A DNA stretch of 64,000 bases from Camelus ferus (Eukaryota): positions 49,912,001 to 49,976,000 of the forward strand of contig NC_045697.1 of NCBI RefSeq assembly GCF_009834535.1, in the 5' to 3' direction. A model generated the notes under the pieces. That model was given only the letters and a program-made list of their open reading frames with translations, ran no database searches and had not been told where the DNA came from. Numbering within the stretch: position 1 is the first letter of the stretch; the number at the start of each line of letters is the position of its first letter. The translations under genes and the position numbers were made by a program. Below are positions 37,481-48,917 of the stretch, in pieces.

Positions 37481-38994
37481 ACTGGATTCCAAGCCTACTG
37501 GTCCCCAAATGGGACAGCTAACCATGTCTTATCCCAGCCTCATTTCTGAAGAAAGTTTGGGTAAAAGTTACCCTTAACCTTGTGGTTTTAATGATGCTAC
37601 TACAGACGGGTGTCTAGGGCTCTGTGAGGGGGAATTCCTAGGTCTGAGACTGTTGTATCCTTTGGCAGTCAACCTTGAGGTGAAGGACAAGGATGAAATT
37701 CAAGCTAGCTTGGAAATGTGCCTGGGTCATTTGGTCATAGCATGATGACGGCGATGTGGGAAAGCAAGTCCATTTCACTCCAGCACAGTTCACCCATACA
37801 CTTTCCAAGTGACCCAGCATAATCAATCTCCAGAAGGAGCTGACTACAGTCCCACCGTTGTGTCTACTGAGGCTTGTAAGCTTAGGATACAGCTGAGTAA
37901 AATTTTCCTTGGCAGTGGGCAGTGTCCCTCCGAGGCTGAATGCCCCTGAAGCCAATCATCACGTGGACATCTTGGGAACAGTTTGTTTGACTTTAGAGTG
38001 ACCTTCATCTGAACCTGAATCTCAAAGGTGAATGGATTAGGTAGTTTAGTCATGGGAACCCTAGTCCAAAGCCAGAGCTTTAGTGCTTTTGTTGCAAGCA
38101 AATGAAACAGAGGAAACAGCTTCTCGTGGGCCATCTGCTTTTTTATGGACCAAATAGCACCACCAACAAGCCTTGGGCCATGGGCAGCGTTGACAGACCG
38201 AAGCAGCTTTCTCCAAATATGTGTGGAAACTCCATGACTCATTTCCCTTTTCCTAATATGATATCTGCCAATTTAAGGCAAAAAAAAAAAAAAAAAAAAG
38301 TTAAACAGTAGCTTTGTTCTTCTTTTCAGAGAAAAGAATCTATATGACTCAAACAGGAAAGCAAAACAACTAGAAACTTTAGAGTGGCCCTAAAAATGTT
38401 CAAATGTGAAAACCACAAGGGAGGCTTGCACTGTCTATGTAGTTATAATTCAGCTATGTGTAAATTTACCTAAGGTTTTTGTCACTTAGGTATAGCCTTC
38501 TAAAGCTTCTCATGGAGATTCTGGGATTAGAGTAAGCTACCTGTTAAATTTGGTGGTAACTCCGCAGTTCATTGTTAAGTCCTTGTGGATGGATTGCATT
38601 GGCTCAGTATTGACATAAAGGGAGTGGTAAAAGCAAACAGCCCAGACCTCCACATCAGAGTCTCACATTGGCTTGTTCCATCTGCTCGTGGCCTTGAAAG
38701 GCATCCTGAGTAGAACTGCCTTTCTGTAGATCCACTGAGGGAGAAATGAGATGATCAGAGGAGGTCACGGGTTGGTGAATGATTCTAATTAATTCATGCT
38801 CACAGTGCAGAGGCCAATGAAGAATGAAGGGAACATAAGGAACAGGAATTAAAAAATAATAAGAGAGCTTATTGTATGAGATGACATTGCCATCTGAGGA
38901 CTAATAACATCTGATTATTGTTCTAGGCTGACATTTCAGGCTGCAACTCTTATCCCAAACCAAAGCAAAGATTAATATATAATATTTGTATAGC

Positions 38995-39290
38995 ATCCGT
39001 ATCTTGGCTTGATTTCACCTGAAAGCAACACAGATAAGGGCTTGGGTTCAAGTAATTTATTTGAAAGGCAGTAAGCACAAATGAGGGACAAAGGGAAAAA
39101 TCAATAAAAGGTGTGTTAATGAGCCGTGGGCACCTAGATCTCAGTCCTCCTGGGGACACTTTGAAGAATTATGTTTAGCACATCTCAGAATTGTCCCACA
39201 AAAGGATAAGGAATCTGGGGCAACTAGTCTTTGGTTTCCCTTCCTTTGTGGTTGAGATTTGCCCCTAAGGATGTTCACTTTCAATCTTTC
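38995..39290 (-). mobile_element. ERVL LTR fragment (LTR16-like)
   Basis: 'agataagggcttgggttcaagtaatttatttgaaagg...aatcaataaaaggtgtgttaatgagc...catctcagaattgtcccac'. Confidence 0.6.
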
Positions 39291-40021
39291 TCATTTTTTC
39301 TTTCTCTCTCTCTCCTCCTCCCTTCCTTCTTTCCTCTTGCTCTTTCTCTTTTTTCATTCCATTCATCCATCTATGCTAGGCTTGTACGTTAATTAGACTC
39401 TAGTGATAATGTAAAAACCATGTCCAGTTGAATTTTGATTGAATATATCTAGATAGATAAATAAATGTTAATGGAACTATTCAGAAAAGCATAGGTAGCC
39501 TGTCCACACTTTCTCTTATAAAACAGTATTCTCTCATCTGTCTGAAATAGGGGGAGAAGATATATTACCCCATCCACCATCTGGTCTCAGGACAAAATGA
39601 CTGGAGTTTGTTCTAAAAGATAACTGGCCATTCATTCCTCTACTTCATGGATTCTACTTTTAAAAGAGTCAGTGTATTATGTCTCCCCAAACTCACACTG
39701 CTTCTTCTGGATCCATTCAGAACCTGAAACTTTTACAAAAGAATAAAGCAGGATGCATTAAGGGCCTGCGATGAAGCATTGACTCTTGAGAGATCTGGTT
39801 CCCTTGAATAAAACTATGGAACTAGGGGAAGAGACCAGGCAATATTGTATCCTGGGTATTGTCATTTTCAACATACTCCAGTAATTCAGAGTATCAGAGA
39901 ATCAAGCAATAGGGTTAGAGGGTCATTTTAATTCAGTACATTAAAGCTGCATATAACAAATACCTGCTCAATACAAGAAACAAAAAAGAGGGCTTTGTAC
40001 TAAGTCTTTGAAATCTAATGT

Positions 40022-40120
40022 ATATTTTATTTTATTTATTATATATATTTTAAATTGAAGTAGTGGGTTAATAATGTTGTGCTAATTTCTGGTGTATAGC
40101 ATAGTGATTCATTTATAAAT
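40022..40120 (-). mobile_element. Very short L1 3' terminus amid MER3/MER33-like fragments
   Basis: 'aattgaagtagtggg...aatttctggtgtatagcatagtgattca' matches the other L1 3' ends. Flanks 'tactaagtctttgaaatct' and 'taagttaaataaaatatattataaaattaa' resemble MER33/MER3. Confidence 0.6.
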
Positions 40121-41289
40121 ATCATTAATAATTTTTGTATTGATAACATATTACCATACTAATATTTTGGATGCAATACTAAGTTAAATAAAATATATTA
40201 ATAAAATTAAAAAAAAGAGAGGACTTTGCTTATCATGTTGCTTTCCAGATGTCAATCTAAGAACCAGCTCTCAGGAGGATGAGAATTCTGGCAAATACTG
40301 ATGGCTCTTTCCTCATCTGATGATGACTACAGAAAGAGAAAAAACAAGAACAATATGAAATCTGTGGAAAGGTGAAGGAAGGGAAATATTCTGAAGTCTC
40401 AGAGAACGTAGCTCCAAGAATGGAAACAGTATATACCTAGGGATGAATAAGGATATTTATGACTAAGGAACAAGTAGAAGTTTTTAAAAAATGTTGGGAG
40501 TTCTCAATATCATTCAAGAAAACTCAGACTCTATGAAATAGAAAATCATAGGGAGAGAAAAGACTGAGATAGGAAGACAATGCATGTATGGAAAAATAAT
40601 ACAAGCCCCCTTTTACAAAGGGAAAATATGAAATCAAAAATATGTGTCTTCTTTTAAAAAGACAGTCTGCTTGAAGGAAAACTAAAAGGCAAATTTTTTG
40701 AATCTAAAAATGCTATGTTTATTTAGATGCTGTGTTGCAGATTCCCTGCCCTGTTTATAAGGACACCGAGTTTACAAATTAGTAAACAGTAAAGAGCTTT
40801 TGTTAGCTGACTTATTAACTGGAGGTAATGTTCTCTACTACCTAAATTTGATTTAGTCTTGCCGCTTTATCATAACTGACAAGGTCCTCTGTTGTGTTTT
40901 CCCGTCATTCATAGTCAAGCAAAATGGATGTCCTTGTCAAATTGTTTTATTAGGGAGCTTGTATTTATCAGTCTGAAATTTAAACATTACTGTTTTTATA
41001 AATATTAAAGTTGGTGAAACAAATTTTAGATAATTGTGAAGAGATGTGAAACTTGGCTAGTGTAGGAGATGGTAAGAGTTCATTCATGATGACTGTGTAA
41101 TTCATTTCGTATGTTAGAAACATATGTTGAACTCACTGGATTTTCTCCCTTTCTCCTTTCTGCTTCTTTCTGGGTTTTTGTTCCTCTATATAGATACACA
41201 GTATAATTTTTGGAATTTGAGACAACAGACCATTGTTGTCTTTTCCCTACAATGGTTTAAAAATAAAAGTGCTCCCGGAAATGCCTAAA

Positions 41290-41576
41290 CTAAAAGTATA
41301 ATGGTGAATGAGACATTGAAAGTTAACAAAGAAACTAGGAATGCAACAGCAGTAAAAAGTAGACTTCACACTGCAGAAACCTAATTAGAACATGAGGGAT
41401 TTTCTCCATGAGCTTGGGAAAAAAAGGTAAATTAAAAAGACACACACTTTATGAAAGTGAAGATTACTGACATGGAAATAGAGAATCAGTAATTTATATT
41501 CAGAAGCAGAGGTGTTTCATGGGGGCAGAAACAGAAACAATGAGAACAAAAACCATGATCAAATAAAAACTATTTG
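41290..41576 (+). mobile_element. Ancient L1 ORF1-like remnant (host of the young L1)
   Basis: A-rich 'aaaagtagacttcacactgcagaaacctaattag' and 'ggtgtttcatgggggcagaaacagaaacaatg' resemble decayed ORF1 codons (SRLDTAE; IGVPE..NR.N). Seems to continue at 45166-45300. Confidence 0.4.
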
Positions 41577-44500
41577 ACCCCCCAAAAATAGGATATACAT
41601 TCTTTTCAAGTGCACATGGAACATTTTCCAGGATGGATCATGTACTTGGGCACAAAAGAAACCTCAACAATTTTAAGAAGATAGAAATTATCTCAAGCAT
41701 CTTTACTGACCACAATGCCATGAAACTGGAAATCAACAACAGAGAAACAAAGGAGAAAAAAAGGAAAGCATGGAGATTAAACAATATGTTATTGAAAAAA
41801 CATGATCAATGAGGAAATCAAAGCTGAAATTAAAAAATACCTTGAGACAAATGATAATGAAAGCACAACCACTCAAAACCTATGGGACACAGCAAAGGCA
41901 GTGCTAAGAGGGAAGTTTATAGCGATACAGGCCTTCCTCAAAAAAGAAGAACAATCTCAAAGAAACAATTTAACCCACCACCTGAATGAATTAGAAAAAG
42001 AAGAACAAAAAGCCCCAAAAAGCAGCAGAAGGAAGGAAATAATAAAGATCAGAGAGGAATTAAATACAATAGAGATTAACAAGACCATAGAAAAAATCAA
42101 CCAAACCAAAAGCTGGTTTTTTGAAAAAGTAAATAAAATCGACAAACCTCTGGCCAAACTCACAAAGAAGAAAAGAGAGAGAGCACAAATTAGCAAAATA
42201 AGAAAGGAAAATGGAGAAATTACAACAAACAAAATAGAAATACAGAATATCATACGAGAATATTATGAAAAAGTATATGGAACCAAACTGGATAACCTAG
42301 AGGAGTTGGACAAGTTTCTGGAAACATACTGTCCACCAAAACTGAATCAAGAAGAATCTGAACACTTGAACAATCTGATCACTAGAAAGGAAATAGAAAT
42401 AGCAATTAAAAACCTCCCTACAAATAAAAGTCCAGGACCGGACGGCTTCACCGGGGAATTCTACCAAACATACAAAGAAGAACTCATACCAGTCCTTCTC
42501 AAACTCTTCCAGACAATTGAAAAGGAGGGAATACTCCCAAACTCATTCTATGAAGCCACCATCACCCTGATACCAAAACCAGGCAAAGACACTACAAAAA
42601 AAGAGAATTATAGGCCAATATCACTGATGAACATAGATGCCAAAATCCTCACCAAAATTTTAGCAAATAGAATCCAACAACACATAAAAAAGATTATACA
42701 TCATGACCAAGTGGGGTTCATCCCAGGGACACAAGGCTGGTTCAACATACGCAAATCAATCAGTGTAATACATCACATCAACAAGAGAAAGGACAAAAAC
42801 CACATGATCATCTCAATTGATGCAGAAAAAGCATTTGATAAAATTCAACACCCATTTATGATAAAAACTCTCGCCAAAGTGGGTATAGAGGGAACATATC
42901 TCAACATAATAAAAGCTATATATGACAAACCTACAGCCAGCATAGTACTCAACGGTGAAAAACTCGAAAGCTTCCCACTAAAATCTGGGACAAGACAAGG
43001 ATGCCCACTATCACCACTCCTATTCAACATAGTCCTGGAAGTCCTAGCCACAGCAGTCAGGCAAGAGAAAGAAATAAAAGGGATCCAAATTGGAAAAGAA
43101 GAGGTAAAAGTGTCATTATATGCTGATGACATGTTACTATATATAGAAAACCCTTAAAGGTCCACACAAAAGCTACTAGAGCTGATTGAAGAATTCAGCA
43201 AGGTAGCAGGTTACAAAATTAACGTTCAAAAATCAGTTGCATTTCTTTACACTAATGATAAATCAACAGAAGAAGAAAGTAAAGAAACAAACCCCTTTAA
43301 AATAGCACCCAAAGTAATAAAATATCTGGGAATAAATCTAACCAAGGAGGTGAAAGAATTATACACAGAAAACTATAAACCATTGATGAAGGAAATTAAA
43401 GAAGACTTTAAAAAGTGGAAAGATATTCCATGCTCTTGGATTGGAAGAATCAATATTGTTAAAATGGTCACACTGCCCAAGGCAATCTACAGATTTAATG
43501 CAATCCCTATCCAATTACCCGGGACATATTTCACAGAACTAGAAAAAATCATAATAAAATTCATATGGAACCATCAAAGACCTAGAATTGCCAAAGCATT
43601 ACTGAAGAGAAAGAAAGAGGCTGGAGGAATAACTCTCCCAGACTTCAGACAATACTATAGAGCTACAGTCATCAAGACAGCATGGTATTGGTACCAAAAC
43701 AGACATATAGACCAATGGAACAGAATAGAGAGCCCAGAAATGAACCCACAAACTTTTGGTCAACTCATCTTTGACAAAGGAGGCAAGAATATACATTGGA
43801 ATAAACACAGTCTCTTCAGCAAATGGTGTTGGGAAAACTGGACAGCAGCATGTAAAACAATGAAGCTAGAACACTCCCTTACACCATATACAAAAATCAA
43901 CTCAAAATGGATTAAAGACTTAAACATAAGACAAGATACAATAAACCTCCTAGAGGAAAACATAGGCAAAACATTATCTGACATACATTTAAAAAATTTT
44001 CTCCTAGAAGAAATTAAAACAAGCATAAACAAACGGGACCTAATGAAACTTACAAGCTTCTGCACAGCAAAGGAAACCAGAAATAAAACAAGAAGAAAAC
44101 CTACGGAATGGGAGAAAATTTTTGCAAGTGAAACCGACAAAGGCTTGATCTCCAGAATATATAAGCAGCTCATACGACTCAATAAGAAAAAACTAAACAA
44201 CCCAATCCAAAAATAGGCAGAAGACCTAAACAAGCAATTCTCCAAGGAAGACATACAAATGATCAAAAAGCACATGAAAAAATGCTCAATATCACTAATT
44301 ATCAGAGAAATGCAAATCAAAACTACAATGAGATATCACCTCACACCAGTCAGAATGGCCGTCATTCAAAAATCCACAAATGACAAATGCTGGAAAGGCT
44401 GTGGAGAAAGGGGAACCCTCCTACACTGCTGGTGGGAATGCAGTTTGGTGCAGCCACTATGGAAAACAGTGTGGAGATTCCTCAAAAGACTAGGAATAGA

Positions 44501-45149
44501 CTTACCATATGACCCAGGAATCCCACTCCTGGGCTTGTGTCCAGAAGGAAATCTACTTCAGGATGACACCTGCACCCCAATGTTCATAGCAGCACTATTT
44601 ACAATAGCCAAAACATGGAAACAGCCTCAATGTCCATCAACAGGTGACTGGATAAAGAAGAGGTGGTATATTTATACAATGGAATACTACTCAGCCATAA
44701 AAACCAACAACATAATGCCATTTGCAGCAACATGGATGCTCCTGGAGAATGTCATTCTAAGTGAAGTAAGCCAGAAAGAGAAAGAAAAATACCATATGAG
44801 ATCGCTCATATGTGGAATCTAAAAAACAAAAAAACAAACAAACAAACAAAAACAAAGCGTAAATAAAGGACAGAAATAGACTCACAGACAGAGAATACAG
44901 ACTTGTGGTTACCAGGGGAGTGGAGGGTGGGAAGGGATAGACTGGGATTTCAAAATTGTAGAATAGACTACACTGTATAGCACAGGGAAATATACACAAA
45001 ATGTTATGATAACTCACAGAGAAAAAAATGTGTCAATGAGTGTGTATATGTCCATGAATAACTGAAAAATTGTGCTGAACACTGGAATTTGACACAACAT
45101 TGTAAAATGATTATAAATCAATAAAAAATGTTAAAAAAAATAAAAATAA
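41577..45149 (+). mobile_element. Young 5'-truncated LINE-1 (about 3.57 kb)
   Basis: Perfect 16-bp TSD aaataaaaactatttg (41561-41576 and 45150-45165). AATAAA and A-rich tail at about 45120-45149. Near-intact ORF2 from the distal endonuclease domain to the stop codon. Confidence 0.98.
41579..44822 (+). pseudogene. L1 ORF2p (endonuclease/reverse transcriptase), 5'-truncated and disrupted
   Basis: EN motifs YTFFSSAHGTFSRMDH and TDHNAMKLEI, Z-region SPGPDGF, RT motifs [10 protein letters not shown] and YADD, Cys-rich C-terminus. A frameshift near 41801 and in-frame stops TAA 43155-43157 and TAG 44214-44216. The ORFs at 41802, 43350 and 44259 share one frame. Confidence 0.96.
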
Positions 45150-45299
45150 AAATAAAAACTATTTGGAACTTCAGTGAGAATGAGAGAGAGAGAGAAAGGA
45201 ATGGAGGGAGGGAAGAAAAGAGATGCAGAGTGATTGGCTGATAGGCCTCCTCACATTCCAGGCTAAACCAATGCTAAGAGCCCAGTGTGGGCCCACATC

Positions 45300-45830
45300 C
45301 AATAGTGTGCTGGAGAAAGCTCACACGAACTTGTGAGATCTGATTTTTACATTTTCAGAAATTCTGTGAGCTGGTCATTAAACATAGCCATTATTAAAAG
45401 CGGAAAGTCATAAACTTACAATTAAGTAAATTATATGAAGAACAAAGATAATAAATAGTCAAAACATCACTGCATAATTATTTTATGACATGTTACCATT
45501 ATCTGTGCTCTCGAGGTTATTTACGCCTACTACATCTGTGTAGAGGGAACACTACACAACCGTGTGCTGCCCTGTATCTCTTCCCGACTCTGGGCTCAGT
45601 GGCGTCACGTTGGTTATTTGAAATCAGCCATGGTGGGAGTATTTACAGCATTGAAATCAATAAATGCTACAAATCAGGGCTTAGTTTATTGTTTTGTTGG
45701 TTATCTAGACTTGTAGAAAGTAGATGGAGAAAGCATTAATAATGGAGATTGAACTTAACAGTGTGCCAAGTTTATAGTCATTATGTCGTGCATAGCACCA
45801 AAAAATTGAAGAAACATTCTTCCAGCAAAT
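45300..45830 (+). mobile_element. hAT-Blackjack DNA transposon remnant (MER63-like)
   Basis: 'agtgtgctggag' start and 'tctcttcccgactctgggctcagtggcgtcacgttggttatttgaaatcagccatggtgggagtatttaca...gctacaaatcagggctt' match MER63 (recall). Confidence 0.75.
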
Positions 45831-46254
45831 AACTTAATAATAATTAAAAAGAAGGGAATAGAATAATTATCATAATTTGTTAGTGGTTGTAGTGATTTCC
45901 TGGTTCAAGACGTCTAAGATATAGAAAGAGCCAGGCTTTATAAGCTCTGTAACATTATTTCTTGAATGTTTAAAAAGGAATTTGCTTTATTCTCTCAGTT
46001 TCCTGAGAAATATCGGTTTTTCTTATCTCACTCTGCTTGCAATTTTTTTTGTTTGTTTGTTTTGGATTGTTTGTAAGTTAAGATAGTTCTCCTTTCTATG
46101 GCACTTCTGTTAAATGGCTTTGTTCCCTTTAATCTATAACCATATTATGGCTCTTACCCTTTTCCATTTCCAAAATATTTATCTTTTTTGTTCACCACAA
46201 AGAGCATGTTTATTAGTTTTCAGTAACCTTATTCAGGTTATTCTTTCTTAAAAT

Positions 46255-46770
46255 TTTATTAAGACTTTATTCATTTATTTATTCTTTATTGAAGTATAGT
46301 CAGTTTACAATGTTGTGTCAATTTCTGGTGTACAGCATAATAGTTCAGTCACACACAGAGATACGTATATTTATTTTCACATTCTTTTTCATTAAAGGTT
46401 ACTACAAGATATTGAATATAGTTCCTTGTGTTATACTGAAGAAAATTCTTAAATTTATATATATAGTAGTTAGTATCTGCAAATCTAGAACTCCCGATTT
46501 ATCCCTTCTCACCCGCCCCACCCCCCGGTAACTATAAGTTTGTTTTCTATGTCTGTGAGTCTGTTTCTGTTTTGTGAATAAGTTCATTTGTCTTTTTTTT
46601 TTTTTAAATTCCACATATAAATGATATCATATAATATTTTTCTTTCTTTTTCTGACTTACTTCACTTAGGATGACAATCTCTAGGTCCATCCATGTTGCT
46701 GCAAATGGCATTATTTATTATTTTTTATAACTGAGTGTACTCCATTATATACCACAACTTCTTTATCTCA
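46255..46770 (-). mobile_element. Short lineage-specific LINE-1 3' fragment
   Basis: 'ttgaagtatagtcagtttacaatgttgtgtcaatttctggtgtacagcata' through 'ccatccatgttgctgcaaatggcatt'. Reverse complement of 35545-36025. Confidence 0.92.
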
Positions 46771-47245
46771 ACTCTGACTAATATACTTTTATAACTCCTA
46801 GTGAGGGTTAGAAGGGGCCTCCTGATGAGCCTCTGTGTGCGATGATCTAACCAGTGGTTAAATTACCCCTTGTGTACCTCTCTATCTCGTTTATTATCCC
46901 TCCACTAAACATACTATAATCCGTGTGGATCCTACAGGTCCATATTTTACTGTCAGAGCCACCTCCTCATATAGGTGGCTTTCTTGGTATGTGATGTCTT
47001 TACATCCCTGGAAGGGGTCCCTTTGTTTCGCCTGATGATTTCTACCACTCATTAGCTCAGTCTGAGTTGCCTTATGTTCCTTTTAATGGGCTTATCCCCA
47101 AAGGGCATTAGGTAGACGTATCTTTGAATATATGCGACATGCTTTCTTTATTTCCCTTTCTTTTTTGCTTTTTCTGGATTTATTTTAACCCAAGATTATT
47201 GGAGGGTCTTTAGATTTAACATCCAACACGTCCTAGTTTGGGCTT

Positions 47246-47390
47246 GTTTTTTTTACCATCTTAACCATTTTTAAGTATAGAGTTCAGTGGTGTTAAGTTT
47301 ATTCAATTGCTGTACAACAGATATCCAGAAATTTTTCATCTTGCAAAACTGAAACCCTATACCCATTAAATAACAAATCTCTTTCCCTTT
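47246..47390 (-). mobile_element. Old LINE-1 3' terminus (L1MB-like)
   Basis: 'ttaccatcttaaccatttttaagtatagagttcagtgg...tttttcatcttgcaaaactgaaaccctatacccattaaataac'. Confidence 0.8.
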
Positions 47391-48272
47391 TAGGTTTGAT
47401 TTTACATTATGAGATAACAACATGTAACAAAACAATTCTCAAGGAAGGTAACAGCTCCCAATTCCTAGGATACAGTTTTATGTAAAGTTGAGGATGTTAG
47501 GGTGGTTATTTTAAAACTATGGAGAAAAAACCCATCCAGAAGAAATTTTTATCTCTTTGGGTGTAATAGTCATCATCTATCTGTATCTATAACCATATAC
47601 ATCAATATCTATACCTACAGATACTTGGCCTCTGAATCATCAATATTTTTAAATACAAAACAACCATAGCCATGAGTGACGTGCAGCACACAGGACCCAG
47701 ACCATTTTTGCAGGACTTCTTAAATGCATTTGTGACTACAGTGCCCTCTCCTCCTGGTGTTCTAACTTTATGCAATTTCTAGCTATGAGACAGTCCTAAA
47801 TCTTTCCAGTCCCAGAGGAAGCCTACCATCTGCTCATCAAACTTAGAGTAGTTGGAGGGAGCAGCTGCAATTTCTATCTGGATTTGAATGTGTATGTGTT
47901 AGTCATTAAGAAAAAAAATTGTGCTCATTTATGTTTTGAGTCATAACTATGCCATCAATTGGTCTCAACAAAGCTGTCAATGCCAATCCCAAGGGAGCGA
48001 GATCTGGGTTCTATTCCCAGCAATACTTTCCTGGCAGATTTTGGGTAACTCATATCAAATTCTCTCTTGTCTCCATCTAAAAATGGAAAATGATTTTCAA
48101 AAAATTCACCTTTTTCTCTTTTTGAGAATAAAGAGGTGGCTCTTTGGATCTCCTATCTTATTTTGAACAGGATAGCTTATGTTCAGCTCCGGGAGCTAAG
48201 TTCTCCTTGAAGAAAGAGTCTAAGGAGCTATTATGGCTGAGGGCTGGGAAGAGCCTTGGAGTTCAGTTGGTT

Positions 48273-48917
48273 CAGTGTTCCTCAGCCTTAGAACTGCATA
48301 TGCTTTTGCTAATTTTTGCAGTATCTTTATATCACCTATTATGTACTGAATGTATATTTAAATAGATTTTGGAATACCTGTCAATTATAGGTTAGATGTG
48401 CTATTAATCATACATTACAAACTAAAACATACAAAATTTATAAATATATATTTGTCAAATCACATTAAAATGAACACACAATTCTTTTTTAAAGCAATTT
48501 TTAATTTTTTGAGATATAATTGATATATAATATTCCATTAGTTTCAAGTATACCACTAATAATTTGTTACATGTTTATATTATAAAATGATCAGACAATA
48601 TGTCTAGTTAACATCCATCACTACACATAGTTACAATTTTTCCCCCTTTGATGAGAACTTTTAAGATCTACTCTTAGCGACTTTCAAATATACAGGACAG
48701 TATCACCATGCTGTACATTACATCCCCATGACTTATATATTTTATAACTGGAAATTTGTACCTTTTGACCATCTTCACTAATTTCACCCACCCCTCTGCT
48801 GCTGGCAGCCACCAATCTGTTCCCTGTAAACACACAATTCTTAAAATGGAAAAAAAAAACAATGGTCTATGTGCCACTTAAAATCAGTGGTACACATATC
48901 ATACTTTGGGAACACTG
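48273..48917. mobile_element. hAT-Charlie-type MITE (about 290 bp net), interrupted by L1 and itself inside a MIR
   Basis: Terminal inverted repeats cagtgttcc (48273) and ggaacactg (ends 48917). MIR-like sequence on both sides. Confidence 0.6.
48487..48828 (-). mobile_element. LINE-1 3'UTR insertion (L1MA9-like)
   Basis: Perfect 14-bp TSD aacacacaattctt (48473-48486 and 48829-48842). Similar to 4250-4600. Confidence 0.9.

Noticed and set aside
37638..38311. Overlapping 105-132 aa ORFs in unique sequence
   Set aside because: No recognisable domain or splice structure. Lengths are within chance for this composition.
41802..43157. 451-aa reverse transcriptase ORF as a novel RT system (retron/DGR-like)
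   Set aside because: It is canonical mammalian LINE-1 ORF2 with TSD and A-tail. There are no accessory genes or template repeats.
41957..45017. Minus-strand ORFs of 69-186 aa (hydrophobic, Phe/Leu/Ser-rich)
   Set aside because: Antisense shadows of A-rich L1 ORF2 and 3'UTR, not independent genes.
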